Below are positions 29,345-42,080 of a stretch of DNA of 64,000 nucleotides, piece after piece. The notes below the pieces were generated by a model. It worked only from the letters and a program-made list of their open reading frames with translations. It had not been told where the DNA came from and did no database searches. The stretch's first letter is position 1, and the number at the start of each line of letters is the position of its first letter. Location: NCBI RefSeq assembly GCF_054482595.1, contig NZ_JBTHVH010000001.1, one strand, 5' to 3'. This DNA is from a plasmid. The translations under genes and the position numbers were made by a program.

Positions 29345-29781
29345 GTTTTCTCTCCAGCCTGTGCCAAGGCTTCAACTTCCAAATCATAAGACTCAAACTC
29401 ATAGTCCTGGTCGTCAACTTCTTCAGGCACTGGCAGTAAATGCCAGGCTGAGTATATCTGACCATTATCAAAACGCTCCTGGCTGTAGAGCGTAGCGGCT
29501 ATGAGTGTTAGCGCCGGGCGGTCATAACGGTAAATTTTGCGAACGTCACGGTCAACGAGACGACCGAAATTACCATAACCGCGCTCCAGTAATAATTTTT
29601 TAATTTCCGGCCAGTATGGACCATAGCTGCGGTACAGGCGGGGATTTTTCAGTAATCGCCCGCGTAGCCCTGACAGGAAGAAATCAACGTATTCGTCTTC
29701 TGTCTTTCCTAACAACGCCGTACGCAGTACCGCCTCAAGATATGTTTTATTCGGTTTTATTGTATCAGATAGTGTGGCCAT
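29341..29781 (-). CDS. ulx: Ulx (146 aa)
   Basis: Immediately downstream of darB, overlapping stops. Confidence 0.5.
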   Translation of the reverse strand: MATLSDTIKPNKTYLEAVLRTALLGKTEDEYVDFFLSGLRGRLLKNPRLYRSYGPYWPEIKKLLLERGYGNFGRLVDRDVRKIYRYDRPALTLIAATLYSQERFDNGQIYSAWHLLPVPEEVDDQDYEFESYDLEVEALAQAGEKT

Positions 29782-29814
29782 ATTATGCGACGCCCGGCGA
29801 ACCGGGCGCTCCTG

Positions 29815-32800
29815 TTATGCGTATTGTTGGATGACGGCCAGAACGTCCGCCACGTTGTGTTTTGTCTCGATAATCCACCAGTTACCCGGGAAATCGCTGT
29901 TCTTTGCCTTCGCTGGCAGCCAGCGAGCGCCGAATTTCGCCTTGATTGCGTCTTTCGCACGGAAAAGAATGCCTTTCATGCCGGACGCCTCCTGAAGCCC
30001 AAATACCTCGCCAGCGGCGAATTTTGGTGCGTACATCATCTTCAGGTCGGCGGTGGATACGCGATAATTCAGACCAAGAGACTGAGCTATGCTGGTGGCA
30101 TCACCCTGTATTGATGATAACTCTTCTTGTTTCTCGTTTCTGGCGGCAATTTCTTCCTCCGTGATGTTGCCAAGGGCCAGGTTTATCCGATCAGCGTCGG
30201 CCTGTTTCTCTTCATCGGTGCGCCCGGCAAGAACCGTGTTAATTCTCTGCAATATCTCCACATGATTCTTGCGCATGCTGAGCAATTCCGGCGTAACCTC
30301 GTTAAGATCCACCAGCCCAAGGATGGCAAGGTCGGAAAACATTGATACCAGGTTGTAGGTCATGCGATAGCTGAGTTGGCCATAGGCTGATGGCAACTGC
30401 ACCGCATCCATTTTATAGGCATCCATAAATTTAGAGCCGTCGTTTACGACATCCGCAATTGCCGGTGTGATTTTCCCTGTGGTGGCGGCCTCCCTGATTG
30501 CTGTTACCCACGATTGAGTCAGTGCGGCGACTGCATGATTCAGATTGGCTTCCCGTTCTGCTGCGATGCGCGCGCTTGCTGCGTCCATTGCCTGCTTGAT
30601 CTCGGCTTTATTGCTGTAAATGCCAATGGTGCCAAACTGTGCTGTGGTGATCTCATAATCTGACGCCCGGAACTCATGGGTACCGAAAATGGCATTGGTG
30701 ACCTCAAGTTCAGAATCCCCGTTACGAGTAGCCCCCTGGCTTGTTTTCTCCGGCATTCTGGCGATCGCATCCGCTATTTTCTCCTGAATTGCTTCAGGGG
30801 ATAGCGTATCTCCATATGACGCGATTACATCGCCATAATTGGAGCCAAACAGTTCAGTCAGGAATACTTCTGCCAAACGGACCTGGCGGTTATTCCCTTC
30901 AGACATCATACCAAGCACCCATTTTGCAATTGACGACTTCAGCGCGCCGTCACGGCGATCCGGGTAAACCGCATGCTTCAGTGGGTCCGTATAGGTACCA
31001 ACAAAATCAATGCTATAGCCTGACTCTGTAGTCTGAACGCCGTATGAGTCAGTGATTTTGATCATGCCGCGCTGCTGGAAACGGTAGAAATCGTCACAGG
31101 AAATGATGTCGTTAATCCCGGCGATGGAGACGCCACCACTGATTTTCTGCATAACAGCATCTTCATCGGGAGTTACATCCACCTGTTTATCCAGCGTCTT
31201 CACATCCCAGTTACCCGATTTGGTGCCTCTTAAGGTAAAGATGATCTCCACGTCTGCGCGCTGGCTGTCGAAGTCCAGCGACTTAATGCGAACGATATCA
31301 CCGGCACAATCGTAGTATTGGCCTACACGCCATGAGCGATCGCCGATAACAAGGAACTCATTCGCATGGTTAACCAGATCAGGATCAACATCCAGAATGC
31401 CTTTATTTATTGCATCCTCCACCAGCGGGCGCAGGCGTTTGATATCCGTCGCGGCCTTCTGAGTACGGTTCAATAATTTCTCATAGCGGGAGATGGCCTG
31501 AGAGATATTAGCCTTGCGCTGAATGGCGCTTTTCAACGACGCGCGATACTGTGCTAACAACATACGGTCTGTGTGATGGACACTCCCCCAGCGGGCCTTC
31601 CAGTCTGCGTTATCCGCTGCCTTGGCCATTGCCGCCTGTTTGAATTTAGCTACCTCGGCGGTGGTCTTTTCAAGTTCCGCTTTGCTTCGCTCTAATTCAG
31701 CGGTAAGTACCTCCACATCCTCGCCAGCTGCGTGCTGCGCCTTGATGTAGTTCTGAAGGTCGATAGTAGCCTGTTCTTTCTGGCGAGCGCGTTTCGCAGC
31801 TTTCGCCTTATCCATTTGAACCTGCATCATTGCCAGACGTTCGCCGTCATCCTTCGCGGTATACATCTGCATTTCGATCATGTCATTGGCGTCGGCGTTC
31901 TCCATTTCTGACTTATCTGAACGGAGGATATCGGAGATCCAGCCTGCTTTACGCTTCAGCGTCTTCAGTCGGTATTCATCGAAAGACCCCTTGCCGCAGT
32001 AGTAGTGAACGCGAACGCTTGCACGGTTGGAACCAACTCGGGCACCGCGACCGTTACGCTGTGCGATACTGGCTGGTGTCCACGGCAACGTCAGGTGGTG
32101 GATATCCGTCGTTCCTCGATGCAGGTTGATACCCACCTCTGCCTTTTTGTTGCAGATGATGATCGGAGTCCGGCCCTCCTGGAAGTCGGCTGCAATCTTT
32201 TCCAGACCGCCCAACGACATTTCATTTTGCTGCGCGATATAGGCGTCATACAGAGCCATTTGCTCGTTGTATTTCGCTATCTGTGCATCTGTTGGTTCAT
32301 CCGGTAGCTCTTTCGGCGGTTTAACCGCTTTCAGTTTCTTACCGGTTTTACCTGCCTCGGCAACCGTCTGAGCATTCAGGATCCCCACCTTTGAAGGTTC
32401 AAGGTTTAGAGCATTGCAGATAATGCGCTTGAGCTTCTGGTGCTGCGTTTTTTCATCGGTGAAGATGATTTGCTTACCTTCCGGGAAAAACTCCTTCAGC
32501 GTGGCGATCAGCTTCGCGTATTTCGGCGTAACGGGGTGAGTTACGGTCTGTTCGTCAATGCCAAACCTGGCCAGGCGCTTATTCACTTCCTGCTCGAACG
32601 CTTCCGGAACCTGCAACTGAATAAACTCGCCCTTATCTATCAGGGAGTATTGCGATTGCTGCGTGATTGAATCATCACTGTCGTCGTCTTCGCTGGTGGC
32701 TTGTTTAGGCAAACTGTCCGCCAGCTGCTGCACCGCATCGGCGTACTCCGGCAGGAAACGATAGGTGATCCGGCGATAGTACAGGTCCATGTCAGTACAT

Positions 32801-35800
32801 ACGCGGTCCATATCCCTGATTATTGAGAAGATCGGACGGGCTTTCTCGTGCTCAATCACGCCATCTTCATTGACCGAGGTCGTTACGCCATTGTTGGCTT
32901 TGGCCGCCGCTTCCGCCTGCTGACGCAATTCTTCATACGCCGCCAGTTGTTCTTCAGTAAGTGGTGCATCCTGCTGGTGTTCGTCCAGCTCCGGGATCTC
33001 CACGGTATCCTTAACGTCTTCCGCCGTTTTAAGCGTTACCCAGCGATGGAATATACCGCGCAGCGCATCAAGGTTTTCAAAGCCCACCAGCGCCATTTTT
33101 TCTTCAACTTCACCGCTAATTTTCTGTACCGTTTCCAGCCTGGTCTTGCCGAAGAATTTAACGAAGTCATCAGGACCGTAGATCCCCATGTTCTGCCAGT
33201 ATTCCTTCGGCAGAACATGAGAAAGCATGTTGTATGCATCGATCGGGGTGTTAACGACTGGCGTTGCAGTCAGGAGAACCGGCCCGCGCCCGCCATTCTT
33301 TTTCATCAGGTACGCGTTTTTAATTGCCATATCTCGCGCCGATTGCGCCACCGCGCTGGTGGGCAGATAGGCCAGTTGTGACGCTTCGCGACCATTTTTA
33401 TAGCTATTGCGGTAGTTGTGACCTTCGTCAGCGATCACACTATCGAAGCCCATATCCTCAAAGTACGGATACTTCTCTGCTTTTTCGGTGCCGGTATCTG
33501 AATACTCCGACAATACCCGGCGACGCGCAGCCTCTTTGCGGTGGGAGTCGGAGTCCATTGCGCTGGCTACGCGCCCGGCGGCAACGAAGTCATAAAGCAT
33601 ATCCTGTGCATGCTCATCTACGGTGTCATCACGTAGCGGAATGCGGGCGTATTGTTCTTTGGTAAACACGACTGCACGGTAATTTGAGTGCGGGATCGCG
33701 TTCATCCGCGCCGTGATAGTGGCTTCATCTGCCAGCTTAAGAGCATCGCGCATAACGGGAGTGCCATCTGCACCAACGACAGGTTTACCGTTCTCATCGA
33801 GCACCGGCACCAGGCGAATCTGATCGCCATCCATCAGCACATCAAGACCGACGAACAGGTAGTTACTGAATGCCTCTTCACTCAGAAACTCTTTTGCTTC
33901 GTAATACCAGTTTTCCAGCACTGATTTAGGCACTACATACGCAGTACGGGTGGAACGACCGTTCTCATAGTTGAACGCCTCAAGCGCCAGCGCGGTCGTG
34001 GTTTTACCCAGCCCGGTACCGAAGCCCAGGATGCCGCGCCCATCTTCGGACAGTCGGCGCACCTCGCTATTCTGGTAATCAAATGGCTGTCGCTTACCGC
34101 TTAATCCCTTCAACCCAAGCGGATCGCCAGAGTGTTCATACGGGATATTGCTATTGAACACATCGTTGTATTTGGCAACCAGCTCATCGTAGCGATCGTG
34201 CGTCTTGATCCACGTATTGAACTGGTCCTCAAGCAGTGCCATCTGCTCGCGGTAGCCGTTCGCCGTCGCGCTATCTTTGCCACCGATACGCGCACCATTG
34301 AGATACTTTTCCAGCTGTGCCGGGAACCCGGTCGCGTTTTCACCTGATTTACGGTCCCACTCGTAGCGGATCTCGCCTGTTTCTTTATCCTTGCGCTGGA
34401 CGACACCGTATCGGTGCCCGACGAACAGACCATCACCACCGTGATAGGTGTCAGAAACCATTTCGTCGCCTTCCAGCTGCACTGACTGCACATAGCGCAG
34501 ATCCGGATAGCCGTTTTCCTGCAAAAATTCCAGAATCACGGAACGGTCGAACCAACGGCTATTGAGCTTAAACCGGATATTCTCTGCTGGCGTCTTGATG
34601 CGCTTCTCTTCGATCGCTGCCAGCTGATTAAGGACGTTGTTCTTTACTGGACCGTCGGGGAGCGTGGCGAGGAATTCCTGTTTTGGAGCCACTATCTCGT
34701 TAATGTCGCCGCTGGTGGCGCGGGCGAACGGAACAATCCCGCCATACGGTGAAACCGCAATGCCAGGGGTGCTGGCCAATAAATTAAGCAACTCGTCATC
34801 ACTGGCTGGCAGTTCGCCGGTAAACGCAAGGCGGAAATCATCGAGCTGGATTGGATCGCGGGTAAGATCGCTATAGAGATAACGCAGGGTGTCCTGATAG
34901 CTGGTGGAGTCATAACTGGCGCTGGAATCATGCGTAACCAGCTTTCCTGTCAGCTCGTCAGAAATAGTGCCATCCAGCTTAATTGCACCACGGAAAGCAA
35001 ACCAGGCGCGCGCACCGCTCCCCGATAATTTCGCTATCGGACCGCGACCGGGGTTACCAAAACGGTCAATCTCTGCCTGCAAACGGGATACCAGAGAAAG
35101 GCGCTGCTGTTCGATTTGTTCAGCACTATGCCCGGCGGCCTTCATGTCCTGATATTCAATTAACATCCGGCCAATCATCGCTCCGCGATACAAGCGTTCA
35201 CGGTATTTTTCAGGCTGGCTGTTAATCCAGTCCACCAGCTGCACCATATCGTCGCTGATTGATGTGGTGTACTTATCGCGGACATTTGCCATCTGGGTAA
35301 ATGTCATACCGAGACGGCCTTCTGTTGTAGTCAGGTTACGCTGAAGAGCCTCCCAGCTATCCGCACCATAACTGGCAACCTCAATCTTCAGCTCCTTCCC
35401 GGCATCAGCTTCAATCCAGCGACCACCAGCATATTTTTGCCATACGCCATTAATCAGGCGCATTTCCCCTTCATCAACAACATCTGCGGTCGGTGACGGT
35501 TCAGCCATATCGAGCAAAGACCAGTCGATACGACTTTCGAAACGATGAATCAGCTTCGCTTTAAGAGCCTGGTTATCAATCTGCCCGTCGGCACGAACCT
35601 CAATACGCCCCTGGAATCCCTTCTCCTGAGTGCCATGAACAAACCGGCGGCCGTCCTTTTCAAACCACTTGCCAGAAATAAACGTTGGCCAAAGCACATT
35701 TGCCGATTCAAGAGTGTCTTCATCCACCAGGGGGATTTTCTCAGCCATCTCCGCCGGATGTTTGCGCATCAGCACCACGTCAACGACCGTACTGGTCCCG

Positions 35801-36582
35801 TTTGCGTCAAAAGTACCGGTAGGCAAGCGGTGGGCACCAAGAAATTCAGCTTTCCGTGATAGGCGCAGGCGTAACCGCTTCATGTTTGAACCTGAAACAA
35901 TGGACGGCGGCACAATCACGCACATGAATCCGCCTGGCTTTATCTTGTCCAGCATGCGGAGCATGAAGTAAGAACCCATGTCCGTTTCTTCTGCGTAAGG
36001 CTTATCGATGTTGCGTGTGTTATCACGACCACCGAACGGAACGTTACCCACAACATGGTCGAATGAATCGTTAGGCGTGCTTACAGCCAGTTGTTCGAAC
36101 GGGGAAATCTGTACGCTGTCTTCCGGATGTAACAGCTGGTTTATACGACCGGAAACACTGCTGATCTCAGTCGCGGTCATCACCGTACCAACCGGTTTTG
36201 TCTCATTAAAAACGCCGGTGCCCGCCGATGGTTCCAGAGTGTTACCTACGTCCGCGCCGTAGAGCTTCATGATCTCCCAGACACCTTCAGCGATCGGCTT
36301 TGGTGTGTAATATTCGGAGACGGACCCGCCAATGCCACCTTCACCGGTGTACCCAGCCAGGATCTGGCGCTGTTCATCTGTCAGTGTCGCGCCGTCCACC
36401 AGCGAATTAAGCAAATCTATCGCCTTCTGATTCGCCTCACGGCGCAGTCGGTCATAGCTTTTGCCTTCCACCTTTTCCACGCCGTATTTAATCGGCGCTC
36501 GGTGAGATGTTATTGCCCTAATGTATTTCAATATTTCGCTGACACTTGAACAGCGAAACACCCCCATAGATAGCTTGTTCAT
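29815..36582 (-). CDS. darB: DarB antirestriction protein (N6-adenine methyltransferase plus helicase domains)
   Basis: 2255 aa; EPSAGTG and NVPF methyltransferase motifs; GTGLGKT Walker A and DEGH helicase box. Confidence 0.9.
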   Translation of the reverse strand: MNKLSMGVFRCSSVSEILKYIRAITSHRAPIKYGVEKVEGKSYDRLRREANQKAIDLLNSLVDGATLTDEQRQILAGYTGEGGIGGSVSEYYTPKPIAEGVWEIMKLYGADVGNTLEPSAGTGVFNETKPVGTVMTATEISSVSGRINQLLHPEDSVQISPFEQLAVSTPNDSFDHVVGNVPFGGRDNTRNIDKPYAEETDMGSYFMLRMLDKIKPGGFMCVIVPPSIVSGSNMKRLRLRLSRKAEFLGAHRLPTGTFDANGTSTVVDVVLMRKHPAEMAEKIPLVDEDTLESANVLWPTFISGKWFEKDGRRFVHGTQEKGFQGRIEVRADGQIDNQALKAKLIHRFESRIDWSLLDMAEPSPTADVVDEGEMRLINGVWQKYAGGRWIEADAGKELKIEVASYGADSWEALQRNLTTTEGRLGMTFTQMANVRDKYTTSISDDMVQLVDWINSQPEKYRERLYRGAMIGRMLIEYQDMKAAGHSAEQIEQQRLSLVSRLQAEIDRFGNPGRGPIAKLSGSGARAWFAFRGAIKLDGTISDELTGKLVTHDSSASYDSTSYQDTLRYLYSDLTRDPIQLDDFRLAFTGELPASDDELLNLLASTPGIAVSPYGGIVPFARATSGDINEIVAPKQEFLATLPDGPVKNNVLNQLAAIEEKRIKTPAENIRFKLNSRWFDRSVILEFLQENGYPDLRYVQSVQLEGDEMVSDTYHGGDGLFVGHRYGVVQRKDKETGEIRYEWDRKSGENATGFPAQLEKYLNGARIGGKDSATANGYREQMALLEDQFNTWIKTHDRYDELVAKYNDVFNSNIPYEHSGDPLGLKGLSGKRQPFDYQNSEVRRLSEDGRGILGFGTGLGKTTTALALEAFNYENGRSTRTAYVVPKSVLENWYYEAKEFLSEEAFSNYLFVGLDVLMDGDQIRLVPVLDENGKPVVGADGTPVMRDALKLADEATITARMNAIPHSNYRAVVFTKEQYARIPLRDDTVDEHAQDMLYDFVAAGRVASAMDSDSHRKEAARRRVLSEYSDTGTEKAEKYPYFEDMGFDSVIADEGHNYRNSYKNGREASQLAYLPTSAVAQSARDMAIKNAYLMKKNGGRGPVLLTATPVVNTPIDAYNMLSHVLPKEYWQNMGIYGPDDFVKFFGKTRLETVQKISGEVEEKMALVGFENLDALRGIFHRWVTLKTAEDVKDTVEIPELDEHQQDAPLTEEQLAAYEELRQQAEAAAKANNGVTTSVNEDGVIEHEKARPIFSIIRDMDRVCTDMDLYYRRITYRFLPEYADAVQQLADSLPKQATSEDDDSDDSITQQSQYSLIDKGEFIQLQVPEAFEQEVNKRLARFGIDEQTVTHPVTPKYAKLIATLKEFFPEGKQIIFTDEKTQHQKLKRIICNALNLEPSKVGILNAQTVAEAGKTGKKLKAVKPPKELPDEPTDAQIAKYNEQMALYDAYIAQQNEMSLGGLEKIAADFQEGRTPIIICNKKAEVGINLHRGTTDIHHLTLPWTPASIAQRNGRGARVGSNRASVRVHYYCGKGSFDEYRLKTLKRKAGWISDILRSDKSEMENADANDMIEMQMYTAKDDGERLAMMQVQMDKAKAAKRARQKEQATIDLQNYIKAQHAAGEDVEVLTAELERSKAELEKTTAEVAKFKQAAMAKAADNADWKARWGSVHHTDRMLLAQYRASLKSAIQRKANISQAISRYEKLLNRTQKAATDIKRLRPLVEDAINKGILDVDPDLVNHANEFLVIGDRSWRVGQYYDCAGDIVRIKSLDFDSQRADVEIIFTLRGTKSGNWDVKTLDKQVDVTPDEDAVMQKISGGVSIAGINDIISCDDFYRFQQRGMIKITDSYGVQTTESGYSIDFVGTYTDPLKHAVYPDRRDGALKSSIAKWVLGMMSEGNNRQVRLAEVFLTELFGSNYGDVIASYGDTLSPEAIQEKIADAIARMPEKTSQGATRNGDSELEVTNAIFGTHEFRASDYEITTAQFGTIGIYSNKAEIKQAMDAASARIAAEREANLNHAVAALTQSWVTAIREAATTGKITPAIADVVNDGSKFMDAYKMDAVQLPSAYGQLSYRMTYNLVSMFSDLAILGLVDLNEVTPELLSMRKNHVEILQRINTVLAGRTDEEKQADADRINLALGNITEEEIAARNEKQEELSSIQGDATSIAQSLGLNYRVSTADLKMMYAPKFAAGEVFGLQEASGMKGILFRAKDAIKAKFGARWLPAKAKNSDFPGNWWIIETKHNVADVLAVIQQYA

Positions 36583-36649
36583 TGGTAATCCTTAACAAGT
36601 GACTAGTGTTAAATTTCCGTTCAAACACGATGCGAATTATTCTAATTAA

Positions 36650-39380
<2,731 letters not shown>

Positions 39381-39391
39381 CCACCAAAAAT

Positions 39392-39413
39392 AACCCCGGC
39401 GAGTGCCGGGGTT
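39392..39413. terminator. hairpin AACCCCGGC-GAGT-GCCGGGGTT
   Basis: Read directly after pro stop. Confidence 0.5.
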
Positions 39414-39424
39414 CTCGTTAACTA

Positions 39425-39679
39425 TTATCGACTTCGCCTGCGTGCCATATATTTGCGCACCGCGCGGCGTGGACAATCTGAAGCGGTTTCTTTCTGCTGC
39501 ATCAATCTCGCGGCCATGCTCAAAAATGTCAGGCACAGCCGAAGCCCGGCATACAATAGCGGTTCCAGTGGCCACGTTTCATTAAGCACATATACCGCCA
39601 TGAAAATCGAGTCGAAAACTATCGCTGCCAGCGATAACTTCATTGTCGAAAGTCTGCGGAGCTGCCGGAGTTTATTCAT
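39425..39679 (-). CDS. small membrane protein, holin-like (lydD/lydE position)
   Basis: Hydrophobic core; directly downstream of lyz. Confidence 0.35.
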   Translation of the reverse strand: MNKLRQLRRLSTMKLSLAAIVFDSIFMAVYVLNETWPLEPLLYAGLRLCLTFLSMAARLMQQKETASDCPRRAVRKYMARRRSR

Positions 39680-40229
39680 TGACCAGTCCCGTCAGGCAAA
39701 GCTGGCGTTCTTTTTCACGGCGAATCTTTAAACCTCGCAGGGGCACGCCGTTACTGTTCACAAAATCAGGGAGATGGTTACACATATTCACCCATTCCCC
39801 TTTCTGCGCCCACTTGTGGATGGACGTTTCGACTCGCATGCCTCGCGCTTTGCTGTAGTAGGTCCGTAAGCTATTGCATCCCATATTGAATGCCGCGCTT
39901 GTCATTGCACTAAAGGCATTATCGGGCATGTCTTTGCCCCGGAAGTGCTGATTAATACAGCGTTCAGCGATCAGGATATTCTTTTCCCAATCAGCGGCGA
40001 TTTGCTGGTCGGTTTTTCGCACACCCGGCGTTACCCCGTGTGTATTACCGATCCCGTCAGTCCATACCCCCGCCGGGCACATGTATGGATCACGTCGGCA
40101 ACCTTCAGCGTTACCAATCAGCTCAAGCCCCGCCTGGTTGGTTCGCACATTGCCATTACCCATTACGATGGTAATCATCACCGCGATAGCGCAAATTGCA
40201 CCGCCTCCTGCGGCTGTTTTTCCCTTCAT
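39672..40229 (-). CDS. lyz: Lyz endolysin (T4-lysozyme family, N-terminal signal-anchor)
   Basis: 185 aa; E-x8-D-x5-T catalytic pattern; hydrophobic N-terminus. Confidence 0.85.
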   Translation of the reverse strand: MKGKTAAGGGAICAIAVMITIVMGNGNVRTNQAGLELIGNAEGCRRDPYMCPAGVWTDGIGNTHGVTPGVRKTDQQIAADWEKNILIAERCINQHFRGKDMPDNAFSAMTSAAFNMGCNSLRTYYSKARGMRVETSIHKWAQKGEWVNMCNHLPDFVNSNGVPLRGLKIRREKERQLCLTGLVNE

Positions 40230-40360
40230 AAAGACCTCATAAGCGAATTTTTACGCTCCAGGACAAACACCCATTCACAGCCAATACCGACTGACTCGAT
40301 CCCTTTAGAAGGCACAGGATAATGCAAATCACTTGTTAGCTACGTTTCAAAGATATACAT

Positions 40361-40377
40361 TATTGCTCTAATCATTT
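40361..40377 (+). promoter_or_regulatory. C1 operator (15/17) upstream of ssb
   Basis: ATTGCTCTAATCATTTT. Confidence 0.55.
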
Positions 40378-40397
40378 TATTTTATTAGGTAAGATAA

Positions 40398-40886
40398 GTG
40401 GCACAACGCGGTGTAAACAAAGTCATCCTGATTGGTACCCTGGGGCAAGACCCGGAGATCAGGTATATACCAAATGGCGGAGCGGTCGGAAGACTAAGCA
40501 TCGCAACAAATGAATCATGGCGCGACAAGCAAACGGGCCAACAGAAAGAGCAAACAGAATGGCATAGAGTCGTTTTGTTCGGGAAACTTGCTGAAATTGC
40601 GAGTGAGTATTTACGAAAAGGTTCTCAGGTCTACATCGAAGGGAAACTTAAAACCCGTAAGTGGACAGATGACGCCGGTGTAGAACGTTACACGACGGAA
40701 ATTATCGTCAACCAGGGCGGCACCATGCAAATGATCGGCGCTCGCCGTGACGATTCACAGTCCTCAAATGGCTGGGGGCAATCGAACCAACCTCAAAACC
40801 ACCAGCAATACAGTGGTGGCGGTAAACCTCAGAGCAACGCCAATAACGAACCTCCAATGGACTTTGACGACGATATTCCGTTTTAG
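40398..40886 (+). CDS. ssb: single-stranded DNA-binding protein
   Basis: [16 protein letters not shown]...[12 protein letters not shown]...DDDIPF is classic SSB. Confidence 0.95.
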   Translation: MAQRGVNKVILIGTLGQDPEIRYIPNGGAVGRLSIATNESWRDKQTGQQKEQTEWHRVVLFGKLAEIASEYLRKGSQVYIEGKLKTRKWTDDAGVERYTTEIIVNQGGTMQMIGARRDDSQSSNGWGQSNQPQNHQQYSGGGKPQSNANNEPPMDFDDDIPF

Positions 40887-41088
40887 AGTTTATGAGTAAA
40901 AAACGACTGAAAGAAAAGCGGTGGTCAAGACGCCGACAAAAGCACGAACTCGCAAACAAACGCCAAAGTTGGCAATGGCACGCGCTTTTAACGAATAGAA
41001 CACCCCGAGATATTGCTTTCGCTGGTGGGAAAACATTCCTAACCAACCTGAAGGCGCAATACATCAGTTTTTAAGCAGAGAAAAGACT

Positions 41089-41883
41089 ATGACAGCACAA
41101 AATACTAAAACCATTCAATACCGCCTGCGTAATGGCCAGAGTGTAGAAGTGACCATCAATAATGATGGTGTACCTGGCGAAAAGGTTTCGATCTCTGATC
41201 TGGCTATCGAAAAAACCATCATGTGCCACCTTGGCTTTACTGAAGAAGTGAGCAAAAAGCATGGTGTAGCTATCTGGCGCACAATGGATACTGGCATGCG
41301 CAGATTCATTACTGCTCGTACCCCTGGTATGACCATGATGGACCTCATACAGATTGCGCCGCTGTTTGAGTGTGAACCTTTGGATGTATTCAGCAATCCA
41401 GCTATCTGCCAGCAGTTATATGGTGAGATGAAACTCGCGGTTACCCCCATTGTGCTGCATGAAGGATCGCTTGCTGGCGTATGGAAAGTAGAGCGAATTT
41501 CAAGCTACATGCCATTCCACATCCATGTCAACGGCGTAATCGCAGGTGAAAATCAACCTGTTTCCGTTATAAAGTCAGACCTCAATCGCGCAATTCTTGA
41601 AGCAAGTTGTCGAGTTATCGGCCTGGGCAAACAGTCTTATGTTTCCTTCCCGGCTGGTCCTGAAGGCCCGGCAGAAATTCTGATTATGGATGCTGATCTG
41701 CTCTGGCAAATACAGTTTCTGATTGGCAAAAGCATCATCCGTGCTGAAGAACTCGATCAGTACATTACCTGCACGATGACGGATGAAGTCAAAAGTGTGG
41801 CTATAGCCAATGCCCGGAACCTGTGTCGTGCTGCATTAACAGAACCGCAAGAAAACATTCCAGAAGAAACAGAAAGTGACTAA
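41089..41883 (+). CDS. isaA: IsaA-like protein (264 aa)
   Basis: Position after ssb; name from memory of P1 order. Confidence 0.4.
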   Translation: MTAQNTKTIQYRLRNGQSVEVTINNDGVPGEKVSISDLAIEKTIMCHLGFTEEVSKKHGVAIWRTMDTGMRRFITARTPGMTMMDLIQIAPLFECEPLDVFSNPAICQQLYGEMKLAVTPIVLHEGSLAGVWKVERISSYMPFHIHVNGVIAGENQPVSVIKSDLNRAILEASCRVIGLGKQSYVSFPAGPEGPAEILIMDADLLWQIQFLIGKSIIRAEELDQYITCTMTDEVKSVAIANARNLCRAALTEPQENIPEETESD

Positions 41884-42080
41884 TAAAAACCCCGTCAGTT
41901 GGCGGGGAACTCCACGTCAAATGGCCAATTGTTATGTCAGCTAGCAGTTAAAGCGCCTAGTCATCATCTTTTAAAGAAGTCTTTTTAACTTACCTAAATT
42001 AGTGACACCTCCCGTTTTGCTTGCTATTGTACGCATTCATGAATCTATTCATTAATCTATTCACAATAGTAATTAAAACT

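Noticed and set aside
32848-33665. plus-strand ORFs of 177 and 113 aa
   Set aside because: Fully embedded antisense within the 2255-aa darB frame; low-complexity translations.
42021-42080. 20-codon N-terminal extension of the HipA-like ORF from TTG
   Set aside because: Extension is AT-rich promoter-like sequence; the HTH begins at the ATG at 42081.
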